This document shows, piece after piece, positions 55,556 to 64,000 of a stretch of DNA of 64,000 bases (its first letter is position 1; every line of letters starts with the position of its first letter). The notes under the pieces were generated by a model. It was not told where the DNA came from and searched no databases. It was given only the letters and a program-made list of their open reading frames with translations. The DNA lies in the NCBI GenBank assembly GCA_964481465.1, contig CAYZTL010000003.1, positions 65,717 to 129,716 of the forward strand. Reading direction: 5' to 3'. This DNA is from an uncultured Anaerolineales bacterium (GTDB taxonomy: Bacteria > Chloroflexota > Anaerolineae > Anaerolineales > UBA11858). The translations under genes and the position numbers were made by a program.

Positions 55556-57214
55556 ATGGATAACGGTAAAGCGGACGAAGCCCGTCATATTGACGGCGCC
55601 TATTTCAAGCAATTAATCAAAGCTGCCTTGACTTGGTTGAGGACGAATCAAGAAACCGTGAACGCTTTAAATGTCTTCCCCGTTCCGGATGGCGATACGG
55701 GAACGAACATGGTACTCACCCTGCAGGCAGCATACGACGAGATTCAAACATCAAACGATACCAATGTTGGGAAATTGGCAGGACATCTGGCGCATGGTGC
55801 TTTGATGGGCGCCCGTGGAAACTCCGGCGTGATCTTATCCCAGATCTGGCGTGGTTTTGCAAAAGCCGTTGACAATGCTGAGGTCCTTGACGCTCAAAAC
55901 CTCGTCAAAGGCCTGGTGCAGGCCAAAGAGACCGCGTACAAAGGGGTGGTAAGGCCCGTGGAGGGCACCATTCTCACCGTCAGCAAAGACACAGCAAACG
56001 CGGCCAAGAAGGCTCTGGAAGAAACCAATAATCCTTTTCGCATTTTAGAGATCGTCAAGGATGCAGCTCACGAGTCCGTAGAAAGGACACCGGAATTATT
56101 AGATGTTTTAAAAGATGCGGGGGTCGTGGACGCAGGGGGAAAAGGATTATTTTACATTTATGAGGGAATGGTCCGCTTTATGCACAAAGAACCTTTGGAT
56201 GTTGAGCCTGTGAGCGTGCAAGCCCTCTCAGCAATTGGTCGACAAGAAGCTCGCCAAGCGTCTGAACCGGGGCAAGACTATGAAGTTATCGTGGATTTCC
56301 GCCCCCATCAACCCCTGGAATTGAATGAATTTTGTGATCGGCTGGAGGAAATCGGTACGTCCATTCAGGTAGGAGAAGGGGACGGATTGTACCGCATGCA
56401 CATCCACGTCCCAACCGAGAAACGCTATGATCCTATTGAATACACGATGTCTTTGGGTACGGTATCCAAAGTACACATCGAAAATCTCATGGAACAGGTC
56501 GATGGTGCTGGATATCAAGAAGACGAAGACAATCTCAAACTCTCCGCTGTTGAACCTGGAGACATCGCTGTGGTCGCCGTCTCTCCAGGGATAGGGTTTT
56601 CCAGGATTTTCGCCAGTTTGGGCGCCGCCGCCATCATCAAAGGCGGGCAAACCATGAATCCCAGCACCCAAGAGATATTGGATGCCTTTGAAAACCTGCC
56701 GACCAATAAAGTGATCATCCTCCCCAACAACAAAAACATCCTCATGGCCGCGGAATCCGCCACGGAAATGACGGTCAAAGACGCAGAAGTGGTCCCGACG
56801 CGGACCTTGCCGGAAGGGCTGGCTGCTATGCTGCGGCTGATGCCGGGGCAGGAATTAAGTCAGGTTGTTGAGGAAATGAAATCCGCGATGAAAGAAGTGA
56901 AAACGGGAGAAATAACCACAGCGGTGCGGAGCGTTGAGATTCAGGGTCAACAGGTATCAGAGGGTGAGATCATCGCCCTCTACGACGATCAATTGATCAC
57001 CTCCTCAGAAAACCTGGAAGAGGGCTGCCTGCGATTCCTGGATGAAGCCAATGCTGATTCCTATGAGTTGATCACCCTTTATTATGGGGAAAATATATCC
57101 AAACAAAAAGCCGTTGAGATCGCAGATGTCATTCGGGAAGCTTATCCCGAGCAAATCGTCGAACTACAATATGGTGGACAACCGCATTACCAATTCATCC
57201 TCTCTGTCGAATGA
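55556..57214 (+). CDS. yloV: DAK2 domain fusion protein YloV
   Basis: LNVFPVPDGDTGTNM...ARGNSGVILSQ is the DAK2 signature. ATG 55556 follows AGGAG. Placement after the Asp23 gene matches Firmicutes. Confidence 0.9.
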   Translation: MDNGKADEARHIDGAYFKQLIKAALTWLRTNQETVNALNVFPVPDGDTGTNMVLTLQAAYDEIQTSNDTNVGKLAGHLAHGALMGARGNSGVILSQIWRGFAKAVDNAEVLDAQNLVKGLVQAKETAYKGVVRPVEGTILTVSKDTANAAKKALEETNNPFRILEIVKDAAHESVERTPELLDVLKDAGVVDAGGKGLFYIYEGMVRFMHKEPLDVEPVSVQALSAIGRQEARQASEPGQDYEVIVDFRPHQPLELNEFCDRLEEIGTSIQVGEGDGLYRMHIHVPTEKRYDPIEYTMSLGTVSKVHIENLMEQVDGAGYQEDEDNLKLSAVEPGDIAVVAVSPGIGFSRIFASLGAAAIIKGGQTMNPSTQEILDAFENLPTNKVIILPNNKNILMAAESATEMTVKDAEVVPTRTLPEGLAAMLRLMPGQELSQVVEEMKSAMKEVKTGEITTAVRSVEIQGQQVSEGEIIALYDDQLITSSENLEEGCLRFLDEANADSYELITLYYGENISKQKAVEIADVIREAYPEQIVELQYGGQPHYQFILSVE

Positions 57215-57336
57215 TTTAGATTTCATAAACCCCCAAATTCATCATGAAACCGTAGATCACACCCGAAAACCTTATCTCCCGGCGTTTTATTAACGATCTT
57301 TTCCCCTCTACTCACCCAGAAGAGAAGGAATCCACC

Positions 57337-58167
57337 TTGTCCCTTGCCATCGTCACTGACAGCACATCAGATATCCCCCACCATATACGGGAAGCGTTCA
57401 ACATCTTCCAAATACCCGCTTTGATCATTATCGAAGGTCAAGTTTTCCAAGATGGGATTGATATCTCACGGGAAGAGTATTACCAAAAACTACCCACCTA
57501 TCAGGAACTGCCCACCACCTCCTCCCCTTCCTCGGGCGAGTTTCAAGCCCTCTACAGGGAGGTTTTATCGCTCGGATTTACAGATATCCTTTCCATCCAT
57601 CTGGCCAGCGAGTTAAGCGGGGTAACCAATGTCGCCCGCTTAGCTGCGGAAGAAATTGGATCCAACATCAGAATATTCGATTCCGGACAAGTCTCTCTGG
57701 GCCTCGGGTTCCAAGTCATCGAAGCCGCAAAGGCAGCAGCGAAAGCCGTACCCCTGAATGAGATCATCAGCATGCTGAGAGCCCTGCAGGAAAAAATATT
57801 CGTTTTCGCCATGCTTGACACCCTGGCATACATCCTTAAAAGCGGGAGGATCCCCTGGGTAAAAGCTAGTCTGGGGTCATTTCTCAACCTGAAACCGATG
57901 ATTCAATTGAAGAAAGGGGAGGTGATCAATGTGGGCCTTGCTCGAGCCCGGAAGCGAGCCATCTCCCGCTTGCATCAAATTCTCCAAGAGCTGGGGCCGT
58001 TGGAATATCTGGCTGTCTTGCACACGAACGCGAAAAGAGAGGGAAAGGAATTCCTAACCCGTTATCAAAATCCCCTTCCCCAACGTTCTTTTTTAGTAAA
58101 TGTGACCACAAGCATCGGTACTCATGTAGGCCCAAATGGATTAGGCTTCGCAGCAGTGGTAAAATAA
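57337..58167 (+). CDS. degV: DegV family fatty-acid-binding protein
   Basis: 276 aa. LAIVTDSTSDIP...TSSPSSGEF... The start is TTG, preceded by GAAGGA. Confidence 0.88.
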   Translation: MSLAIVTDSTSDIPHHIREAFNIFQIPALIIIEGQVFQDGIDISREEYYQKLPTYQELPTTSSPSSGEFQALYREVLSLGFTDILSIHLASELSGVTNVARLAAEEIGSNIRIFDSGQVSLGLGFQVIEAAKAAAKAVPLNEIISMLRALQEKIFVFAMLDTLAYILKSGRIPWVKASLGSFLNLKPMIQLKKGEVINVGLARARKRAISRLHQILQELGPLEYLAVLHTNAKREGKEFLTRYQNPLPQRSFLVNVTTSIGTHVGPNGLGFAAVVK

Positions 58168-58173
58168 ATCACA

Positions 58174-60651
58174 ATGAAAAAATCCATCAAAAAACTACGG
58201 AAATTCTTCAGGCTGGAAGCAAAACGCGGGTACGACAATAAAGCGGTAATGGGGGGATTAGCGAATATCTTATCTTCCTGGGAAATTGAAGCCCGTGAAG
58301 ATGGGCTTCCGGAACACCTCATTCAAGCCGTCAGCAGTCGCCTACGCGATTATCACCAACTCAGCGAGGAGTCCCGAAAAACCGCCCTGCAGGGAATCTG
58401 GCAGAGGGTGCAAAATGCGACCGACAAGACCATTAAACCACCCCTAAAAACCACCCCTCAAGCGCAAGCGGAACGGGTGTCAGAGGTAGAAGAGCCCAGG
58501 GAAGAAAGACCAGAAACACCTGAACCCAAGGAACCACAAGAGAGTCCCTCTTCGCAACCCATTCCCAAAAAGGCCCCAGAAATCGATCTAGAAGAACCCG
58601 TTACGAAAATCAAGGGGATTGGCCCTAAACGATCCCAGGCATTGGAACGCCTTGGGGTCCAGACATTGAAGGACTTATTGTTCTTATTCCCCCGCCGCCA
58701 TGATGACTATTCGAAATTGAAGACCATTGATAAGCTCTGGTATGGAGAGGAAGTGACCGTCATCGGCTCCGTCAAAGATGTCTCTACCCGGACGGCGCGA
58801 AGTGGGAAAATGAAAATTGTCGAGGCCGTGATCTCAGATAAAAGCGGGTCCTTGCGTGTGACCTGGTTCAATCAACCCTGGATCGCCAATCAACTCTCCC
58901 AAACCCGGCAAGTGGTACTCTCAGGAGAAATCGATCAATACCTGGGTCGCTTGACCATGAACAATCCTGATTGGGAACCGCTCAGCGCGGATCTCCTGCA
59001 CACAAACCGGATCGTGCCGGTCTATCCCCTCACCCAAGATTTATCGCAAAAATGGCTGCGGGCCAAGATATACAAGGCGGTCCAAACCCTCAGCCCCGTC
59101 TTGGAAGACCCCTTACCGGAGGCGCTAAGGGGTAAAGCAGGATTGGCCGATCTCACCACAGCCATCCAGAATATTCACTTTCCCGTTTCAGAAGAGGCTT
59201 TACGGGCTGCCAAAGAACGCCTGGCATTTGAGGAGATCTTCCTGCTCCAGATGGGTGTGCTCCGCCAAAAAATGGCTTGGGAAAGCCGGCGCGGACGGGT
59301 TTTCACCGTCTCCGAGGAGTGGTTGGATAGGCAGCTGGCTGCATTGCCCTACCAGCTGACCGGAGCGCAAGAAAAAGCGCTCCGCCACATTCGCCAAGAT
59401 CTTGCCTCCGGCGTTCCCATGAACCGCTTATTACAGGGTGACGTCGGCTCCGGGAAAACGGTATTGGCCGCGATGGCCACCCTCATCGTCACCCGGGACA
59501 GCGCGCAAGCAGCGCTCATGGCCCCGACCAGCATCCTCGCCGAACAACACCTCCAAAGCCTGAAAGGGATTTTGCTGTCAGATGTCAGCCACTTGTCGGA
59601 AGGGGAAGTCCGGCTGCTAATCGGTTCCACGCCGGAGGGAGAAAAAAGTGCCATCAGGGAGGGATTAGAACGGGGAGAGATCAAAGTTGTCATCGGCACC
59701 CACGCTCTCCTGGAGGATCCGGTTCAGTTCAGGGACCTTCAACTGGCGATCATCGATGAGCAGCACCGCTTTGGAGTTGAACAACGGGGGACGCTCCGAA
59801 ATAAAGGGGAAAACCCTCACCTCATGGTCATGACCGCCACGCCCATCCCCAGGTCGTTGGCTCTGACCATATACGGTGATCTTGATATTTCCGTGATTGA
59901 TGAGATGCCTCCCGGCCGACAACCGGTGGAAACCCACATCCTTTACCCCCAAGAACGGGAAAGGGCATACACCATGATCCGGACCCAATTAGAAGAAGGC
60001 AATCAAGCGTTCATCGTCTATCCCTTGGTAGAAGAAAGCGATAAAAGTGAAGAGAAAGCAGCCGTGGAAGAACACGCTCTCTTATCCGAGGAAGTCTTCC
60101 CTCAATATGAAGTCGGACTCCTGCACGGCAGGCTTCTCCCCCATGAGAAGGAAGAAGTGATGGAGAAGTTTCGGAGGAGAGAAATCCAAATCTTGGTCTC
60201 CACCACCGTGGTAGAGGTGGGAGTGGACATCCCCAACGCTACCATCATGCTCGTAGAAGGGGCGCATCGTTTTGGCCTGGCGCAACTTCATCAATTACGC
60301 GGTCGCGTGGGGCGAGGAGAAGAAAAAGCGTACTGCTTGTTGATCCCGGGCAGCAAAGAGGGCATCGAAAACGAACGCCTGCAGGCGATGGAAAAAACCA
60401 ATGATGGATTTGAGCTTGCGGAAAGAGACTTAGAACAACGAGGGCCTGGACAATTCCTAGGGACAAGGCAATCCGGATATTCGGAATTACAAATGGCCAA
60501 GATCACAGATGTGCGCTTGATCGAAAAAGCACGCCATTTTGCGGAAGAAGTCTTCCAGGAAGATCCCCATTTAAACCAAGAAAAGCACGCTGCATTGAAA
60601 GAAGCCATGGCTAAATTCTGGACAAAGGAAACGTTGGCGGATATTAGCTAG
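58174..60651 (+). CDS. recG: ATP-dependent DNA helicase RecG (with Pro/Glu-rich N-terminal insert)
   Basis: 825 aa. GDVGSGKT, DEQHRFGV, MTATPIPRS and QLHQLRGRVGRG are present, along with the wedge-domain region. Confidence 0.93.
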   Translation: MKKSIKKLRKFFRLEAKRGYDNKAVMGGLANILSSWEIEAREDGLPEHLIQAVSSRLRDYHQLSEESRKTALQGIWQRVQNATDKTIKPPLKTTPQAQAERVSEVEEPREERPETPEPKEPQESPSSQPIPKKAPEIDLEEPVTKIKGIGPKRSQALERLGVQTLKDLLFLFPRRHDDYSKLKTIDKLWYGEEVTVIGSVKDVSTRTARSGKMKIVEAVISDKSGSLRVTWFNQPWIANQLSQTRQVVLSGEIDQYLGRLTMNNPDWEPLSADLLHTNRIVPVYPLTQDLSQKWLRAKIYKAVQTLSPVLEDPLPEALRGKAGLADLTTAIQNIHFPVSEEALRAAKERLAFEEIFLLQMGVLRQKMAWESRRGRVFTVSEEWLDRQLAALPYQLTGAQEKALRHIRQDLASGVPMNRLLQGDVGSGKTVLAAMATLIVTRDSAQAALMAPTSILAEQHLQSLKGILLSDVSHLSEGEVRLLIGSTPEGEKSAIREGLERGEIKVVIGTHALLEDPVQFRDLQLAIIDEQHRFGVEQRGTLRNKGENPHLMVMTATPIPRSLALTIYGDLDISVIDEMPPGRQPVETHILYPQERERAYTMIRTQLEEGNQAFIVYPLVEESDKSEEKAAVEEHALLSEEVFPQYEVGLLHGRLLPHEKEEVMEKFRRREIQILVSTTVVEVGVDIPNATIMLVEGAHRFGLAQLHQLRGRVGRGEEKAYCLLIPGSKEGIENERLQAMEKTNDGFELAERDLEQRGPGQFLGTRQSGYSELQMAKITDVRLIEKARHFAEEVFQEDPHLNQEKHAALKEAMAKFWTKETLADIS

Positions 60652-60693
60652 CCCCATCTATCAGACAAGAGAATTGTCTAAACGGAGATAATC

Positions 60694-61218
60694 ATGATAC
60701 GTGCAGTGTTTCCCGGAACATTCGATCCCATCCATTACGGGCATATCGACATCGCCAGACGAGCCGCCCGTCTTTTCGATGAAGTGGTCGTAGCGGTGTA
60801 CGATCAACCTCTCAAAAGACTGCTTTTCTCTCCCGAAGAACGCATCGAACTCGTCGAGAAATCGCTGAATTCAACCCCCAACCTCAAAGTTCGCGGTTAC
60901 AGCGGGTTAACGGTCGATTTTTGCCATGAAATCGACGCCCAGGTGATTGTCCGGGGATTGAGGGTCTTCTCTGATTTTGAATACGAATTCCGGATGGCCC
61001 TTACCAATGAGCGCCTGGCACCAGACATTGAGGTGGTGGCCTTCATAACCAACAAGGACCATACCTTCCTCAGCGGTTCCACGGTGAGGGAAGTGGCCGC
61101 TCTAAACGGGGATGTGAGCTCTTTCGTACCAGAGGTCGTGGAAAAAGCGCTTAAAAAACGCTTCCAGGAGCTGGGCAGTGATCAAAATGTAGTCCCCCAA
61201 ACCTCGCTCAGAGATTGA
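60694..61218 (+). CDS. coaD: pantetheine-phosphate adenylyltransferase
   Basis: The N-terminus reads AVFPGTFDPIHYGHIDI, and the 174-aa length fits CoaD. Confidence 0.93.
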   Translation: MIRAVFPGTFDPIHYGHIDIARRAARLFDEVVVAVYDQPLKRLLFSPEERIELVEKSLNSTPNLKVRGYSGLTVDFCHEIDAQVIVRGLRVFSDFEYEFRMALTNERLAPDIEVVAFITNKDHTFLSGSTVREVAALNGDVSSFVPEVVEKALKKRFQELGSDQNVVPQTSLRD

Positions 61219-61281
61219 AGAGATTGATTTGTCTCGATTCATGATATACTTAGGTAATAAAAATGTTGGGGAGGACGATTC

Positions 61282-61752
61282 ATGGATATCCTTCATCTCG
61301 TCGATCGATTAGAAGAGTTATTCAACCGCAGCCGATCTATCCCTTTCACCCATAATGTCATCGTGGACGAAGATAAAATGCTGGATATCATCGATCAAAT
61401 GCGGGTCGCGATCCCGGAAGAAGTTAAAAAATCCCAGCAGGTGTTATCCCAACGAGACCGGATCATCGCCCAGGCCAAAGAAGAAGCCAACCGGACCCTC
61501 AGCATCGCCCAAGAAAAGAGTGAAAAAATCGTCGATCGAGACAGCATCGTCCAAGATGCGAGGAAAAAAGCCCAACAAATCAAGAACGAAGCGGAAGTGC
61601 AAGCGGAAGCGACCCGAAAAGACGCCGATGAGTATGTGGCAGAGACTTTGACGAACCTGGAAATCGCCCTGGAAAGGGTGATCAACCAGGTGCGGAACGG
61701 GATCCAGATTTTAGAAGAGGAACAAATCGGAGCCCAGGAAAAACAGGAATAA
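61282..61752 (+). CDS. coiled-coil protein (ATP-synthase-b / V-ATPase-subunit-H-like low-complexity helix), function unknown
   Basis: 156 aa. The helical sequence is rich in Lys, Glu, Ala and Gln. A strong terminator follows. Confidence 0.65.
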   Translation: MDILHLVDRLEELFNRSRSIPFTHNVIVDEDKMLDIIDQMRVAIPEEVKKSQQVLSQRDRIIAQAKEEANRTLSIAQEKSEKIVDRDSIVQDARKKAQQIKNEAEVQAEATRKDADEYVAETLTNLEIALERVINQVRNGIQILEEEQIGAQEKQE

Positions 61753-61782
61753 GCCTCACCTTCTGACAAATAGTATGATCAC

Positions 61783-61810
61783 AAGCCTGGGAGAAAACCC
61801 AGGCTTTTTT
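61783..61810 (+). terminator. rho-independent terminator (shared end with the convergent SDR gene)
   Basis: AAGCCTGGG-agaaaa-CCCAGGCTT followed by TTTTTT. Confidence 0.85.
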
Positions 61811-62627
61811 ATTGGCGCTGCCCCCAAGTCATGGAAGGACCCCCCTTACGGCTGAAATATTTGGATAATACCCAGTCCACGAACCCGGGTAAGAGCATGT
61901 TGGCCCAAACGGCGATTTTCATCACGCCTGGGATGACCATCCGCCGTTTTTTATTTCTCACCATGCGGTAAATAGCCCGGGCCACATCCTCGGCTTCCAA
62001 CAACATCCAGGGTGGCGTGGTGGCTTCCGTCTCCCAACTTACCCCTGCATGCTGGTCGAATTCAGTGGCGACCGGCCCCGGATATATCGTGCCCACATGG
62101 ATCCCCATCTCCTGAACTTCTCTGCGCAAGCTTTCCGAGAACCCTTTCATGCCAAATTTCGTGGCTGTATAGATGGTATACGTGGGAGGCGCGATCCAGG
62201 CAGCAACTGAAGAGATGTTGATGATCTGCCCCTCTTCCCGCTCCAGCATATGGGGAAGGACAAGCCGCGTCGTATAAATGGCCCCGGAAAGGTTGACCGC
62301 AATCTGATAAGCGATATCCTGGAGAGGATCAAGTTCATCCAACCATTTTAGACGCCCCACGCCGGCATTATTGATCAAAATGTCGATTTGTCCAAACGAC
62401 TCCAAGGTCCGCTCAACCAGCCGTTCGATGTGGGATAATTCAGATAGATCCGTCTGGACAGCCAATGCGGACCCCCCTTGTGTCCGGATCTCCTCCGCCA
62501 GCTCTTCCAAGCGGTCGATCCGTCTGGCTGCCAAGGCGATACGGAAACCTTTGCCGCTCAGGAAACGGGCGGCCGCTGCGCCGATCCCTGAGGACGCGCC
62601 GGTAATGAGTGCCACAGGTTGAGTCAC
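61809..62627 (-). CDS. SDR-family oxidoreductase
   Basis: 272 aa. ALITGASSGIGAAAA (TGxxxGxG), NNAG and YxxxK (YTATK) are present. Confidence 0.9.
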   Translation of the reverse strand: MTQPVALITGASSGIGAAAARFLSGKGFRIALAARRIDRLEELAEEIRTQGGSALAVQTDLSELSHIERLVERTLESFGQIDILINNAGVGRLKWLDELDPLQDIAYQIAVNLSGAIYTTRLVLPHMLEREEGQIINISSVAAWIAPPTYTIYTATKFGMKGFSESLRREVQEMGIHVGTIYPGPVATEFDQHAGVSWETEATTPPWMLLEAEDVARAIYRMVRNKKRRMVIPGVMKIAVWANMLLPGFVDWVLSKYFSRKGGPSMTWGQRQ

Positions 62628-62871
62628 GGAATCTCCTTTCCCCTTACGCGGTCGATCTGGGCACCCCTCTCCCAGTCGAATCTACCTAATTCTACCAAAG
62701 CAAATCGATCTTGGAAAACTCGGACCTTGATTTCCCTTGAGCTCTCATTGTCCGACCGCCCAGAAACGGTTAGAATACATGCAAAGTGGGAAACCACGGC
62801 GCACCTCTCCCGGGTTTTCCCCTTCACATCTTCGTCCTTCCTTCTAACACCTACCGCCTGAGGAGGTCATC

Positions 62872-64000
62872 ATGAATTTCCAGTTGAACGAAGACCAGCG
62901 CATGTGGCGCGACGTCGTTCATGATTTCGTGGCTTCGGAATTGAAACCTCGCTCCGAAGAGATCGATGAAAGCGGCGAATTGCCCTGGGACCTCTTTCCC
63001 CAGATGGGGGCCATGGGGTTGTTGGGGATGAGTGTGCCGGTAGCATACGGGGGTTCCGAACTGGATGCGATCAGCTCCGCCATCGCCATTGAAGAGATCG
63101 CCTGGGGGGACGGCGGATTCGCCCTGACCATGGAAGCGCACAACGAGTTGGGATGCGCTTCCGTTGCCGCTTTCGGTTCTGAGGAACAAAAGGAAAAATA
63201 CCTCCCCTCTGTGACCTCCGGGAATGGAAAACTGACCTCCTTGGCCCTGACTGAACCTCAAGCGGGGTCCGACCTGAGGAACATCCAGACCAAAGCCCGC
63301 CGGGAGAACGGAAATTGGGTCATCAATGGCTCAAAAGCCTGGATCACCAACGCGGGTTATGCGGAGTTCATCGTCACCCTGGTTAAAACAAATCCTGAAA
63401 AAGGGTACCACGGCATGAGCATGATCCTCGTCCCCACCGATGCGCCCGGGCTGCATATCGCACCTCCCGAGGTAAAAATGGGTGCGGGGGGTACGCACAG
63501 CCACGAGGTGAGGTTTGAAAACACGGTCGTCCCCCAGGAAAACTTGATCGGAGAGGAAGGCAGAGGATACCATCAAACCCTACATATTTTAGATGGGGGC
63601 CGGATCAGCATCGGCGCGCTTTCCATCGGCATCGCCCAAGCCGCTTTCGAAGAGGCTGTCCAGTACGCGCAAGAACGGGAAGCATTCGGAAAACCCATCT
63701 CCCACCATCAAGCCATCCAGTGGATGATCGCGGACGCTGCCACCGAAATCCACGCCGCCCGGCTCATGATCTACCACGCAGCCTGGCTGAAAGACCAGAA
63801 CCAACCTTTTACCAAAGCGGGGGCGATGGCCAAACTCCATGCCACGGAAATGGCCGAGCGGGTATGCCGTAACGCCATGCAAATTCATGGCGCTTACGGT
63901 TACAGCCGGGAATATCCTTTAGAACGTAAGTACCGCGCCGCGCGGTTGATGACGATCGGGGAAGGGACCAGTGAGATCCAACGTTTGGTGATCGCCCGCC
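62872..64000 (+). CDS. acyl-CoA dehydrogenase (3' end just beyond the window)
   Basis: Not in the track because there is no in-window stop. ATG 62872 lies 5 nt after AGGAGG. Manual translation gives MNFQLNEDQRMWRDVVHDFVASELKPRSEEIDESGELPWDLFPQMGAMGLLGM... and ends ...GAYGYSREYPLERKYRAARLMTIGEGTSEIQRLVIAR. Confidence 0.88.
   Translation, partial: MNFQLNEDQRMWRDVVHDFVASELKPRSEEIDESGELPWDLFPQMGAMGLLGMSVPVAYGGSELDAISSAIAIEEIAWGDGGFALTMEAHNELGCASVAAFGSEEQKEKYLPSVTSGNGKLTSLALTEPQAGSDLRNIQTKARRENGNWVINGSKAWITNAGYAEFIVTLVKTNPEKGYHGMSMILVPTDAPGLHIAPPEVKMGAGGTHSHEVRFENTVVPQENLIGEEGRGYHQTLHILDGGRISIGALSIGIAQAAFEEAVQYAQEREAFGKPISHHQAIQWMIADAATEIHAARLMIYHAAWLKDQNQPFTKAGAMAKLHATEMAERVCRNAMQIHGAYGYSREYPLERKYRAARLMTIGEGTSEIQRLVIAR

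Overview
The window is gene-dense and looks chromosomal. GC is moderate (about 50-55% by eye). I saw no rRNA, tRNA, CRISPR array, transposase, integrase or phage genes. Several traits suggest a Chloroflexota/Anaerolineae-like organism, but this is only an inference: three Hanks-type Ser/Thr kinases plus PP2C and FHA proteins, Pro/Thr-rich lipoproteins, and Firmicutes-like prkC-rpe-rpmB-yloU-yloV-recG synteny.

Main blocks:
- (i) <1-3.46 kb: 5' part of a large alpha-2-macroglobulin lipoprotein gene. It is absent from the ORF track because it has no stop codon inside the window.
- (ii) 3.7-14.9 kb: mixed housekeeping genes (DNPH1-like, orphan ABC ATPase, DUF2085, surE, MFS transporter, htpG, folP).
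- (iii) 14.9-33.3 kb, all minus strand: a nucleobase/nucleoside block. It holds a hydantoinase; a BMP-type ABC importer operon that runs on into ThrC-like, GT2 and fold-type-II PLP genes; and a GntR-gated operon. That operon encodes two purine-type amidohydrolases, two non-canonical carbamoyltransferases and carbamate kinase.
- (iv) 33.4-37.6 kb: Ser/Thr kinase, gyrB and a membrane protein.
- (v) 37.9-42.5 kb: a plus-strand operon led by an MtaD-like deaminase fused to a CYTH domain.
- (vi) 44.3-50.1 kb: a tightly packed six-gene signalling operon (kinase-PQQ propeller, PP2C, J-domain-vWA, Zn-ribbon-FHA, 80-aa protein, OmpR-type regulator).
- (vii) 50.4-64 kb: conserved housekeeping synteny, ending in a truncated acyl-CoA dehydrogenase gene.

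The two most interesting candidates are the carbamate-kinase-linked double-transcarbamylase operon with its twin palindromic operators, and the STK/PP2C/J-vWA/FHA operon. All functional calls rest on motif recognition by eye. No database search was possible.
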